In this document: positions 17,085-26,397 of the stretch, one piece after another
Position numbering within the stretch: the first letter of the stretch is position 1
How the letters are laid out: the number at the start of each line of letters is the position of its first letter
Assembly: GCA_964452295.1 (NCBI GenBank)
Contig: CAYVKZ010000001.1
Span: 56,529 to 120,528, forward strand
Direction: 5' to 3'
Origin: an uncultured Acidiphilium sp.
GTDB taxonomy: Bacteria; Bacillota; Clostridia; Christensenellales; Borkfalkiaceae
Length of the DNA stretch: 64,000 nucleotides
Translations under genes and position numbers: made by a program
The notes under the pieces: model-generated
Database searches by the model: none
Told to the model about the DNA's origin: nothing
The model's input: only the letters and a program-made list of their open reading frames with translations

Positions 17085-17113
17085 TTGACTTATATCTAAA
17101 AATATAATATAAT
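17085..17113 (+). promoter_or_regulatory. Sigma-A-type promoter of rpmE
   Basis: TTGACT, 17 nt, TATAAT. Confidence 0.7.
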
Positions 17114-17168
17114 AACTAGCGGCATTGTGCTTTAAAGCGTAATGTAACTAATTTGGAGAGGTGATAAC

Positions 17169-17372
17169 ATGAAGCCGAATATTCATCCGGAATACAAACA
17201 GGTGAAAGTTCAGTGTGCTTGCGGAGAAACCTTCGTTACCGGTTCTACCAAAAACGTAGACGTTATCAAGGTCGATATCTGCTCTAAGTGCCACCCTTAT
17301 TTCACGGGTAAGCAAAAACTCGTCGATACAGGCGGACGAGTTGACAAATTCAAAAAAAGATACGGTATTTAA
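17169..17372 (+). CDS. rpmE: 50S ribosomal protein L31 (zinc-binding type A)
   Basis: [13 protein letters not shown]...[12 protein letters not shown]. Confidence 0.95.
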   Translation: MKPNIHPEYKQVKVQCACGETFVTGSTKNVDVIKVDICSKCHPYFTGKQKLVDTGGRVDKFKKRYGI

Positions 17373-17390
17373 TTTTAACCGCATGGCAAA

Positions 17391-17427
17391 GGAGGTCGAG
17401 TTGTTTTATATTTCGGCTTCCTTTTGT
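17391..17427 (+). terminator. Intrinsic terminator
   Basis: 9-bp stem ggaggtcga/tcggcttcc (two G-U pairs), then ttttg. Confidence 0.6.
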
Positions 17428-17448
17428 TCATTATAGCAAAAAATTACG

Positions 17449-19266
17449 ATGAAAGAAAAAAAGGATAAAAAACAAAAAACCACACAAATCGGCGGACAAG
17501 CCGTAATAGAGGGCGTTATGATGCGCGGCAGAACTGCAATGGCGACCGCCGTGCGCGATGAAGAAGGTAATATTCGCATCGAAACAAAAAGACTTACCCC
17601 GCCCGAAAAAAAATCGAAAATCGCAAGATTTCCGATAATCCGCGGAATGATAAGCTACGTTCAGTCGCTTTTCGGCGGAACGAAGGTTTTAATGCGCTCG
17701 GCTGAAGTTTTCGGCGAAACCGAAGAACCGACAAAGTTCGAAAAATGGACGGCTGAAAAGCTCAAAGTCGACGTAACGAGCGTGATTTTGGTTATAGCCA
17801 CAGTGCTTGGTATTGCTCTTTCGTTAGGTTTATTTGTCGTTTTACCGCAACTTGCGGCAAACGGCATAAGCGATTTAATAGCTTTGGCGGGCGGAAATCT
17901 TTCCAAAACCGGCGTTTGGTATAATTTAATCGAAGGTTTTATACGTATAATCATCTTCGTGTGTTATATACTTTTAACTTCGCTTACGAAATCCGTGCGT
18001 AGGGTATATATGTATCACGGCGCCGAGCATAAAACCATAAATTGCTACGAAAGCGGCAAGCCTTTGACAATAGAAAACGCACGCAATTCTTCGCGTTTGC
18101 ATAATCGTTGCGGTACGGCGTTTATGTTTTTCGTAATGCTTATAAGTATACTTGTGTTTTCGCTAGTAAACAGCATTTTGCAGCTAGACGGTATTTTAAG
18201 AATGGTTTGTAAAATAGCGCTTATGTTTACTCTCGTTTCCGGGCTTTCTTATGAGCTTTTAAAGGCGCTGGCAAAAACTAACAGCAAGCTTTTATATCCG
18301 ATAAAAGTTCCGGGGCTTTTGTTGCAAAAAATAACTACAAGCGAACCCGACGACGGCATGCTCGAAGTAGCCATAGCCGCTTTTAATGCAGTGCTTGAAA
18401 TGGATAAAGACCAAAGCATAGAAGAACGCGAATTCGTAACCGCTCTTAATGTAAGCGACCTTTTAAAAAAGGTAGACGGAATTTTACAAAAAGGCAAAGA
18501 ATACGAAAAAAGCGACGGCGAATGGATAGTTTCAATCGGTTGCGATATACCGCGTTCGGCTCTTAATCAAAATCGGAGCATGATAAAGCCGTCTAAGGTA
18601 GATCTGGCTTTATCTTACGCCCGCGAACGAGCCAAGGGTAGACCTCTTTGCTATGTAATAGGCGACTGTGATTTTTACGGTATTAAATTAAAAACAGACG
18701 AGCGCGCGCTTATTCCTCGTCCCGAAACCGAGGAGCTTTGCGCTTACGCTTTAGAAATAATTAAGCCTGAAGATAAAGTCTTGGATTTATGTACCGGAAG
18801 CGGAGCGATTGCCATTACTCTCGCGCTAAAAGCTAAAGCTACCGTTTTAGCTAGCGATATTTCGGACGACGCGCTTTCTTTAGCGCGCGAAAACGCCGAA
18901 CTCATGGGGGCGAGCGTGCGCTTTATAAAAAGCGACGCGTTTTCCGAGATTACCGATAAATTCAGCGTTATAGTCAGCAATCCGCCTTATATAAAAAGCG
19001 GAGATATTGTTTCGCTCGACGAAACGGTTAAAAATTACGAACCCGTTTTAGCGCTCGATGGCGGGGCTGACGGTTTGGATTTTTATAGAATTATAGCTAC
19101 AGAAGCACCCGCTCGTTTATTCAGCGGCGGAATTTTGTTTTTGGAAGTCGGCGAAAATCAAGCCGAGCTTGTAAAGTTGCTTTTAATCGAAAACGGTTTT
19201 TCGTCGATAGAAATTCGCAGTGACGTTTACGGCGTTCAAAGAATGATTAAGGCGATTAAGAATTAA
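17449..19266 (+). CDS. prmC: Fusion of a DUF1385 (YqhQ-like membrane) domain and release-factor glutamine methyltransferase PrmC
   Basis: The N-terminal half has GGQAVIEGVMMRG and YHGAEHK (DUF1385 hallmarks) plus TM helices. The C-terminal half has LIPRPETE, VLDLCTGSGAIA and VSNPPYI. It lies between rpmE and prfA. Confidence 0.8.
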   Translation: MKEKKDKKQKTTQIGGQAVIEGVMMRGRTAMATAVRDEEGNIRIETKRLTPPEKKSKIARFPIIRGMISYVQSLFGGTKVLMRSAEVFGETEEPTKFEKWTAEKLKVDVTSVILVIATVLGIALSLGLFVVLPQLAANGISDLIALAGGNLSKTGVWYNLIEGFIRIIIFVCYILLTSLTKSVRRVYMYHGAEHKTINCYESGKPLTIENARNSSRLHNRCGTAFMFFVMLISILVFSLVNSILQLDGILRMVCKIALMFTLVSGLSYELLKALAKTNSKLLYPIKVPGLLLQKITTSEPDDGMLEVAIAAFNAVLEMDKDQSIEEREFVTALNVSDLLKKVDGILQKGKEYEKSDGEWIVSIGCDIPRSALNQNRSMIKPSKVDLALSYARERAKGRPLCYVIGDCDFYGIKLKTDERALIPRPETEELCAYALEIIKPEDKVLDLCTGSGAIAITLALKAKATVLASDISDDALSLARENAELMGASVRFIKSDAFSEITDKFSVIVSNPPYIKSGDIVSLDETVKNYEPVLALDGGADGLDFYRIIATEAPARLFSGGILFLEVGENQAELVKLLLIENGFSSIEIRSDVYGVQRMIKAIKN

Positions 19267-19331
19267 TATAAAACAAAAAAGTTTCGACTTTTAAAACGCG
19301 ATTTAACGCGTAAACGAAAAAACGGTGTGAT

Positions 19332-20405
19332 ATGATAGAAAAACTGGAAAAAATATTGCAAGTATACGAGGAGCTCACCCGCAAAGTCTCCGATCCCGCG
19401 GTTATCGCGAAGCAAGACGAATATAAAAAGGTAAGCAAAGAGCGCGCCGATATGGAAGACACGGTGCAAAAATATCTCGAATATAAGCAAGTTTTTAAAC
19501 AAAAAGAAGACGCAAGCGAGCTTTTATCCGTCGAAACGGATAGCGAAATGAAAAGGCTTTTAGAAGAAGAAATTTCTGATTGCGCAAAAAGGCTCGATGA
19601 AATAACCGAAGAGTTGAAGATTTTGCTTTTACCTAAAGATCCAAACGACGATAAAAACGTAATATTGGAAATCCGCGGCGGCGCAGGCGGCGAAGAAGCG
19701 GCTTTATTTGCTTACGAGCTTTACCGCATGTACGTAAAATATGCCGAACGTCATCGCTGGAAAACCGAGGAAATCGACAGCAACGAAACGGAACTCGGCG
19801 GTATTAAAGAGGTTACTTTTTCGGTAAGCGGCAAGGGTGCTTATAGTAGATTAAAATATGAAAGTGGCGTTCATCGTGTTCAGCGCGTACCCGAAACCGA
19901 ATCGCAGGGCAGAATACATACATCCACGGCAACTGTGGCGGTTTTGCCCGAGGTTGAAGACGTTGAAGTAAAAATCGACGAAAAAGATTTAATAATCGAA
20001 ACTTGCCGTTCGAGCGGCGCAGGCGGTCAGCATATTAACAAAACGGAGTCATGTATCAGAATGGTGCATATTCCCACGGGTATAGTCGTTAACTGTCAAG
20101 ACGAGCGCAGTCAAATTAAAAACCGCGAAAAGGCTATGAAGGTTATGAAAAGCCGACTTTTCGATTACTATAATACAAAATACCAAAGCGAGTATGCGGA
20201 AAATAGAAAAAGTCAAGTCGGGACGGGCGACCGCTCCGAGCGCATAAGGACTTATAACTTTCCGCAAGGCAGAGTCACCGACCACAGAATAGGTTTAACT
20301 CTTTATTCTCTTCAAAACTTTTTGATGGGCGATATCGACGAAATGATTGACGCGTTGGCTATTTCGGAGCGAGAAAAGAAACTTTCCGAGCAGTCCGGCG
20401 ATTGA
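19332..20405 (+). CDS. prfA: Peptide chain release factor 1
   Basis: GGQ loop [12 protein letters not shown], a PxT-type region (PET in [14 protein letters not shown]), 357 aa. Confidence 0.95.
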   Translation: MIEKLEKILQVYEELTRKVSDPAVIAKQDEYKKVSKERADMEDTVQKYLEYKQVFKQKEDASELLSVETDSEMKRLLEEEISDCAKRLDEITEELKILLLPKDPNDDKNVILEIRGGAGGEEAALFAYELYRMYVKYAERHRWKTEEIDSNETELGGIKEVTFSVSGKGAYSRLKYESGVHRVQRVPETESQGRIHTSTATVAVLPEVEDVEVKIDEKDLIIETCRSSGAGGQHINKTESCIRMVHIPTGIVVNCQDERSQIKNREKAMKVMKSRLFDYYNTKYQSEYAENRKSQVGTGDRSERIRTYNFPQGRVTDHRIGLTLYSLQNFLMGDIDEMIDALAISEREKKLSEQSGD

Positions 20406-20525
20406 TTTTTTTAAAATTTTAAATTCGATTTTTATTTTTTAAATTCGAATTGCGTTCTGTAACGGTTGTAAAACGGTAATATTTTGGTAAAATCGAAAAA
20501 AATTAAAAATTTTTCGTTATAATCC

Positions 20526-20554
20526 TTGAAATTATCTTAAAAATAAGGTAAAAT
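20526..20554 (+). promoter_or_regulatory. Sigma-A-type promoter
   Basis: TTGAAA, 17 nt, TAAAAT. Confidence 0.5.
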
Positions 20555-20592
20555 ATATATAGCAAAAATAACTTGCTTGGAGGAGCAACAAT

Positions 20593-21003
20593 ATGATAAA
20601 AATTATATGCGGCGAAAAAGGCACGGGCAAAACGAAAATTATCACCGATCTCGTCAACGACGTAGTGAAGGAAGCGAAAGGAAACGTTGTTTTCATTTCT
20701 CAGAAAAAAGCGTATTCTGCAAACATTGACTTCAACGTAAGATGCGTTTATACCGAAGATTACGCCGTTTCCGATATATCGGCATTCGTCGGATTTATCG
20801 ACGGACTTATGGCGGGGAACTCCGATATCGAATACATATTTGCCGACGGCATTATGCGTATTGCAGATTGCGGCGTTAACGATATGACCGCGTTATTTGA
20901 CGAAGCCGAAAAGCTCGAAAAAGAATACGGCGTTAAGTTCGTTTTAACCGTTTCTTGCGCAAAAGAAAGTTTGCCCGAGTATATGGTGAAATACGCTGAC
21001 TAA
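20593..21003 (+). CDS. Small P-loop protein of unknown function
   Basis: 136 aa with Walker A GEKGTGKT at residues 7-14, a strong SD (GGAGGAG), and its own promoter and terminator. Confidence 0.7.
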   Translation: MIKIICGEKGTGKTKIITDLVNDVVKEAKGNVVFISQKKAYSANIDFNVRCVYTEDYAVSDISAFVGFIDGLMAGNSDIEYIFADGIMRIADCGVNDMTALFDEAEKLEKEYGVKFVLTVSCAKESLPEYMVKYAD

Positions 21004-21016
21004 TTAAAGCGGATTG

Positions 21017-21057
21017 CGGCGGGCTTCTCTTATGGAATTTGCCCGCCGAATTTTTTT
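21017..21057 (+). terminator. Intrinsic terminator
   Basis: 8-bp GC stem cggcgggc/gcccgccg, then a T7 run. Confidence 0.8.
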
Positions 21058-21184
21058 AATACATAAATACTTATTCTAGATATTATAAAGGATATTGTGG
21101 CGTATCAAAGTTTTGGCTCTCGTTTTCGCTGTTTTTGCGGAGCGCGCGCTTCGTTTGTCTTTTGGCGCCATTTAATTTATCGAC

Positions 21185-22189
21185 ATGGAAGAAAAAAAGA
21201 TACTCTTTAGTGCGGTTCAACCCTCCGGCACTCCCACGATTGCAAATTATATCGGTGCAATGCGTAATTTTGTAGCTTTGCAAGACGAATACGATTGTAT
21301 ATATTCCGTGGCAGACTTGCATACGCTAACAGTAAGGCAAGTACCATCGGAGCTTCGCGCGCGTACTTTAAATTTAGTCGCGCTTTATCTTGCTTGCGGA
21401 ATCGATCCCGAAAAATCGATAATATTCGTACAATCGCACGTTCCTGCACATGCCGAGCTTACTTGGATATTAAATACGGTTACTTATCCCGGCGAGCTTT
21501 CCAGAATGACTCAATTTAAAGACAAATCGCTTAGACATGCGGATAACGTCAACATGGGGCTTATGGATTATCCCGTACTTATGGCTGCGGACATTTTGCT
21601 TTACGGCGCGCACGTCGTTCCTGTCGGGAAAGATCAAAAACAGCATCTCGAAATAGCGCGCGATATAGCCGAGCGCTTCAATAATCGCTATTCGCCGACG
21701 TTTGTAGTGCCCGAAGGCATTATTCCTAAAGTCGGAGCTAACGTTATGAGTTTGCAGGATCCCGAGCATAAAATGTCTAAAAGCGATTCAAACGAAAATG
21801 CATTTATCTCTCTTGTGGATGATAAAGACACGATAATTCGTAAGGTTCGCCGTGCGGTAACCGATAGCGACAATAAAGTCGCTTACGATTTATCTCGCCC
21901 CGGCATAAGTAATTTGGTTGCGATTTACAGTGCGTTTACGGGGCTTTCGACTGCCGATATCGAAAAGAAGTTCGATGGCGTCGGCTACGGCGAATTTAAA
22001 AACGAAGTAGGCGAGGCAATTGCCTCCGTTATCGTGCCTATAAACGATAAAAAGAACGAATATTTAGCCGATAAAACTTATTTAGAATCAGTTATGAAGA
22101 ACGGTGTCGAAAAGGCTAATCATCTTGCTCGCAAAATGCTTAGCAAGGTGTATAGAAAGGTGGGGCTTTATCAGCTCGGGCAAAAGTAA
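21185..22189 (+). CDS. trpS: Tryptophan--tRNA ligase
   Basis: QPSGTPTIANYIG, KDQKQHLE, KMSKS. Confidence 0.9.
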   Translation: MEEKKILFSAVQPSGTPTIANYIGAMRNFVALQDEYDCIYSVADLHTLTVRQVPSELRARTLNLVALYLACGIDPEKSIIFVQSHVPAHAELTWILNTVTYPGELSRMTQFKDKSLRHADNVNMGLMDYPVLMAADILLYGAHVVPVGKDQKQHLEIARDIAERFNNRYSPTFVVPEGIIPKVGANVMSLQDPEHKMSKSDSNENAFISLVDDKDTIIRKVRRAVTDSDNKVAYDLSRPGISNLVAIYSAFTGLSTADIEKKFDGVGYGEFKNEVGEAIASVIVPINDKKNEYLADKTYLESVMKNGVEKANHLARKMLSKVYRKVGLYQLGQK

Positions 22190-23070
22190 TGTTCGGATAC
22201 GTTAAGCCTGATACGCCGTATTTATACATGAAAGACGACATGCTTTACAAGGCTCTTTATTGCGGAGTTTGTAAAAGTATCGGTCGTTCTTGCGGAACCG
22301 CTGCTAGATTTTCGCTTACTTATGATATTGCGTTTATGTCTGCAATAATTCATAATTTGCTCGGAATCGACGTAAAAATCGAACGCAAACATTGCGCGGT
22401 TCATCCGATAACAAAAAGACCGATTGCTCGACCCGACGATTTGTCCTTAACGCTAGGTTGTCTTAACGTAATTTTGGCGTATTATAAGCTTTCCGACGAC
22501 GTTTTAGACAACGGCAGAGGGCGTGGAAAGCGGCTATTTACCGCGCGTGGATTTAAATTAGCGGCAAAAAAACATCCCGAACTCGTCGATATCGTTAAAA
22601 ATAACTATGAAAAACTTGCCTCGCTTGAAAAAAACGGAGAATCGCGCATAGACGTTATAGCCGATCCTTTTGCGTGTATGCTTCAAGAGTTATCAGTCGT
22701 TTTGTTGGGCGATAAGGCAAGCGAAAGTTCGAATCTATTCTTTTATAATTTAGGCAAGTGGATTTACGTTATCGACGCGCTCGACGATTATGACGAGGAC
22801 GTAAAAAAGGGCAATTATAATCCGTTTTTTGCTTCGTATAAAGCTACTGATTTCGAAAGTCTTAAGGAAAAATATGCCGAAGAAATCAACTTTATTTTAT
22901 CAAGTGTGATTGTTTCTATAGACGAATCGCTTTCTAAGCTCGAATTTAAATTTAACGCCGACCTTATACGGAATATTGCGTCTAGGGGGACGAAGGTTAG
23001 GACGAAAGAAGTTTTAAACGGGCTGTCAAAAACAAATAAGAAAAAAAATACGACGCGTATTGATATTTGA
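22189..23070 (+). CDS. Conserved hypothetical protein (DUF5685-like as remembered)
   Basis: MFGYVKPD..YKALYCGVCKSIG N-terminus and an acidic DALDDYDED motif. The ATG overlaps the trpS stop. Confidence 0.6.
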   Translation: MFGYVKPDTPYLYMKDDMLYKALYCGVCKSIGRSCGTAARFSLTYDIAFMSAIIHNLLGIDVKIERKHCAVHPITKRPIARPDDLSLTLGCLNVILAYYKLSDDVLDNGRGRGKRLFTARGFKLAAKKHPELVDIVKNNYEKLASLEKNGESRIDVIADPFACMLQELSVVLLGDKASESSNLFFYNLGKWIYVIDALDDYDEDVKKGNYNPFFASYKATDFESLKEKYAEEINFILSSVIVSIDESLSKLEFKFNADLIRNIASRGTKVRTKEVLNGLSKTNKKKNTTRIDI

Positions 23071-23129
23071 CGTAAAAATTTAACGTAACATCAAAAATCT
23101 CGTAAAATATATATAAATTAAAGGACGAA

Positions 23130-23762
23130 ATGAACGAAATTAAAAAGTATTACGATATTATCGGTTGCGACGAAAGTGTATCCGACGAAGAGCTTAGCGC
23201 AAAGTATTTAGAACTAAAAAGACGTTATCAAAACGATATGTTTTTAGAGGGTGAGGCGGGTAATGCCGCGGCACGAAAACTTACCGAGCTTCAAAACGCT
23301 TACGCCGCTATTTGCGATTATCGAAAAGACGGTGTCAAAAATAGTGAAAACGGATATTTTGGCGGTGGGTTCGATAATGTAGAATCTGCTATAAAATCCG
23401 GCAATCTTACCGAGGCTCAATCGCTTTTGGATAATTTTGACGATCGTAGCGCTGAATGGCATTACTATCAATCCATTGTTTTTTACAAGAAAAATTGGAT
23501 TAATGAAAGCAAAAAACAGCTTGAAATCGCTATGCAAATGAACGAAGGCGAGGAAAAATATAAACGCGCCTACGACAAAATGTGCAAGCAGATGAATTTT
23601 AATAACGAAAATCAAAAAAAGACAGATCCGCATTGGAACGAATCCGGTTCCGGTAAATATGAAGAACCCACCGAAATGATGGGCGGCGACGATTGCTTTA
23701 GTTTTTGTTGTCGAACGATAGCTTGTTCATACTTACTCAATTGTTGTTGCAATTGTCGTTAA
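23130..23762 (+). CDS. J-domain-like protein with a cysteine-rich C-terminal tail
   Basis: YYDIIGCDESVSDEELSAKYLELKRRYQ (J-domain helix I/II pattern; I did not spot a canonical HPD). The C-terminus is CFSFCCRTIACSYLLNCCCNCR. Confidence 0.55.
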   Translation: MNEIKKYYDIIGCDESVSDEELSAKYLELKRRYQNDMFLEGEAGNAAARKLTELQNAYAAICDYRKDGVKNSENGYFGGGFDNVESAIKSGNLTEAQSLLDNFDDRSAEWHYYQSIVFYKKNWINESKKQLEIAMQMNEGEEKYKRAYDKMCKQMNFNNENQKKTDPHWNESGSGKYEEPTEMMGGDDCFSFCCRTIACSYLLNCCCNCR

Positions 23763-23777
23763 GCGATTTTTTTTAAA

Positions 23778-24296
23778 ATGAAAGGTAATTCTAAGGCAAT
23801 AGCGCTATCGGCATTGTCGGCGGCGCTCTCCGTGATATTGTTGGTGGTGGGGGCATATTTCGAAACTCTCGATTTGTCTTGTTTGTTTTTGGCAAGTTTA
23901 TGCATGATGCTTCCGCTGTATAAGGAATATTATTTAGGGGCTTTTTTGGCATACGTTGCGGCGGCTTTGCTTTCTTTAGTGCTTGCCGGCGGCAGATTTC
24001 AAATAATAATTCCGTTCGCGATGTTTTTCGGGTTGCACGCTTTGGCGAACGAACTTCAGCTAAAATTTAAAATTAACAAAATTTTTGCGCTTGTTATTAA
24101 AGAAATTTGGTTTTTAGGCACTCTTTTAGTAATGTATTTTTTTACGCAAATGTTTGTTTCTGAAAACGAAGTTTTACAAAAATACGTTTTATACGTTTTA
24201 TTGGGTGGTGGAGCGCTTTTTTTCCCGATTTACGACTATATAATTTTTAAGTTTAAACGGTCGCTCGATATTTTATTAAAAAGGCTCAAGCTCTGA
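23778..24296 (+). CDS. Polytopic membrane protein, unknown function
   Basis: 172 aa with ~5 hydrophobic helices. Confidence 0.6.
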   Translation: MKGNSKAIALSALSAALSVILLVVGAYFETLDLSCLFLASLCMMLPLYKEYYLGAFLAYVAAALLSLVLAGGRFQIIIPFAMFFGLHALANELQLKFKINKIFALVIKEIWFLGTLLVMYFFTQMFVSENEVLQKYVLYVLLGGGALFFPIYDYIIFKFKRSLDILLKRLKL

Positions 24297-24324
24297 TATT
24301 CGCAAACTCAAGGAGAAAATCGAT

Positions 24325-25755
24325 ATGCGCAAAAACGACATAATCGAAGGTGATATAATTGCATACGGTTGCGAAGGCGAAGGAATCTTAAAAAACGAAG
24401 GCGTTACGGTTTTTGTTCCGTTTGCCGCAAAAGGCGAAAGGGTAGAGGTTCAAATTTTAAAATGCGGAAATCGCATAGCTTTTGCTAAACTTTTAACCGT
24501 TATTACTCCTTCTGTTGCACGCGTAAAGCCAAATTGTTCTACGTATGCGAAATGCGGCGGTTGTAGACTTTTGCATCTCGATTATCGCGAACAACTCGAA
24601 TATAAGCGATCGCTAATTGCCGAAACGCTTGAAAAAATTGCTTTTATAAAAACGAATCCGTTAAATACGGTCGAAAGCGTTCCGCAATTTGGTTATAGAG
24701 TGAAACTTGCATTGCCGGTACGTTCTGAAAACGGCGAACTTAAAATAGGTTTTTTTGCTAGAAATAGCCATAGAATTGTCGAAATCGATTCTTGCGCCTT
24801 GCACGGCGATTGGGTTGCTAAAATTATTTCAGCTTTAAAAGACTATATGCGAGAGTTTTCGATTGAAGGGTATGATGAAAAAAATTCGTCTGGTAAAGTT
24901 CGGCATTTGGTCGTTAAAAAATCGGGTGACTCGTTCATAATTATTTTGGTCGCAACGACCGCTCGCTTGAGCGGGGTTAAATCGTTTAGCGCTTCGCTTG
25001 AAAAATGTATAGGCAAACATTCGCTTTACGTTAACGTCAATAAAAATTCTAACAACGTAATTTTAGGCGACGAGTATTATTTAATTGACGGCGATGGCTT
25101 TATTTGCAGCGAGTGGGAAGGTTTAACTTATAAGATCGGTCCAAAGTCATTTATGCAAGTCAACGAATACGTTAAAAACGCGCTTTATAAAAAAGCGTGC
25201 GAATTTTTAGACAAAAACAAAACCGTTATCGACGCATATTGCGGAACCGGGCTTTTAACTTGCGCTTTAGCCAAAAAAAGTTCGCGCGCGATAGGTGTTG
25301 AAATTATAGATGAAGCCGTAGATTTAGCTAAAGCTTTGGCTACTGAAAACGGAGTAAATAACGCTGAATTTATTTGCGCTCCTTGCGAACAAGCATTGCC
25401 TCCGTTGATTGAAAAATTAAAAAATAATGGTGAAAACGTCGTGGTTTATCTCGATCCTCCTCGCAAGGGGTTGGACAAGGCTGTTGTAAAAGCACTATTA
25501 AAAGCTGCGCCAAACGAAATTATTTATATTTCATGCAGCCCGCAAACGCTCGCACGCGATTTGGGATTATTGCTAGGAACTTTAAAATACGACGAAGCGG
25601 ACGGCGTAAAAAAATCGGTTGATTGTGTTAAGCTCGTCGAATTAGGTAAAACGGTGTTACCTAGCACATATAAAATCGAATATCTTCGCGGATATGATAT
25701 GTTTGCCGGTTGCAAAGACGTCGAAACTCTTGTCGTTCTTTCGAAAATCCGTTAA
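24325..25755 (+). CDS. rlmD: 23S rRNA (uracil-C5)-methyltransferase, RlmD/RumA family
   Basis: N-terminal TRAM-like domain, Fe-S cluster cysteines CSTYAKCGGC, YLDPPRKG, YISCSPQTLARD. Confidence 0.85.
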   Translation: MRKNDIIEGDIIAYGCEGEGILKNEGVTVFVPFAAKGERVEVQILKCGNRIAFAKLLTVITPSVARVKPNCSTYAKCGGCRLLHLDYREQLEYKRSLIAETLEKIAFIKTNPLNTVESVPQFGYRVKLALPVRSENGELKIGFFARNSHRIVEIDSCALHGDWVAKIISALKDYMREFSIEGYDEKNSSGKVRHLVVKKSGDSFIIILVATTARLSGVKSFSASLEKCIGKHSLYVNVNKNSNNVILGDEYYLIDGDGFICSEWEGLTYKIGPKSFMQVNEYVKNALYKKACEFLDKNKTVIDAYCGTGLLTCALAKKSSRAIGVEIIDEAVDLAKALATENGVNNAEFICAPCEQALPPLIEKLKNNGENVVVYLDPPRKGLDKAVVKALLKAAPNEIIYISCSPQTLARDLGLLLGTLKYDEADGVKKSVDCVKLVELGKTVLPSTYKIEYLRGYDMFAGCKDVETLVVLSKIR

Positions 25756-25911
25756 TGATTTTAAAACTGCAGATTGCTGTAAGGTAAAGCGCCGATGATG
25801 CGATAAAAAGCAAAAATTTAATTAGAAATTGACTTTTTAAAGCAAAAAACAGTTGTTTTTTTTGCGGTTATGTATTATAATAAATCGGTAGTTATGTGGA
25901 TGTAATATATC

Positions 25912-25988
25912 CGAGGCGTAGCGCAGTTTGGTAGCGCGCTTGGTTCGGGACCAAGAGGTCGTGGGTTCAAGTCCCGTCGCCTCGACCA
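25912..25988 (+). tRNA. tRNA-Pro (anticodon CGG)
   Basis: Cloverleaf by eye: acceptor CGAGGCG/CGCCTCG, anticodon arm CTTGG-TTCGGGA-CCAAG, T-loop TTCAAGT, encoded CCA. Confidence 0.9.
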
Positions 25989-25991
25989 GAA

Positions 25992-26033
25992 AAACGACCG
26001 CCATTTGCCTAACACGCAAATGGCGGTCGTTTT
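25992..26033 (+). terminator. Intrinsic terminator of tRNA-Pro
   Basis: 17-bp stem aaacgaccgccatttgc/gcaaatggcggtcgttt. Confidence 0.85.
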
Positions 26034-26297
26034 AAACTAAAAACGTTTAGCGGATTATAGGCAATAATTATAATGCAAAAGACGGAGTTTTTAAAATGAA
26101 TGCATTATTTAAAATTAACGGGGAAATAATATTTATTTAAGGATTGTAATTTAGATTTTCTTCTTTTGCGGGTATTACGATTTTAATATTCAGTCTAAAA
26201 GAGTGCAAGAAAAATGCGGTTTTAGGACGTATAGGACTGATGGCTTTTTCTTGGAAGTAAGCTAACGAGTCTTTCGACAAAAAATGACGATTTTAAT

Positions 26298-26330
26298 AAA
26301 TACCGATTGCTATAAGTCGGTATTTTTTTT
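26298..26330 (+). terminator. Orphan intrinsic terminator in a non-coding gap
   Basis: aaataccga-ttgctataag-tcggtattt followed by a T run. No annotated gene lies upstream of it after the tRNA terminator. Confidence 0.65.
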
Positions 26331-26397
26331 ATACGCTAAAAATATATTATAGTGAAATCTCGGAAAGGCGGGTTTGCTTGTTTTTTAATTTTTTGAT

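Noticed and set aside
21058-21184. Possible T-box leader upstream of trpS
   Set aside because: Only ~125 nt are available. There is no T-box sequence (..GGTGGTACCGCG-like) and no specifier/antiterminator architecture.
25837-26019. ORFs overlapping tRNA genes (25837..26019 -, 53894..54100 -, 54132..54335 -)
   Set aside because: The tRNA-Pro, tRNA-Val and tRNA-Pro genes and their terminators explain these regions.
26096-26140. A 14-codon micro-ORF as a real gene
   Set aside because: It is too short to support from sequence alone. It is mentioned only as part of the orphan-terminator finding.
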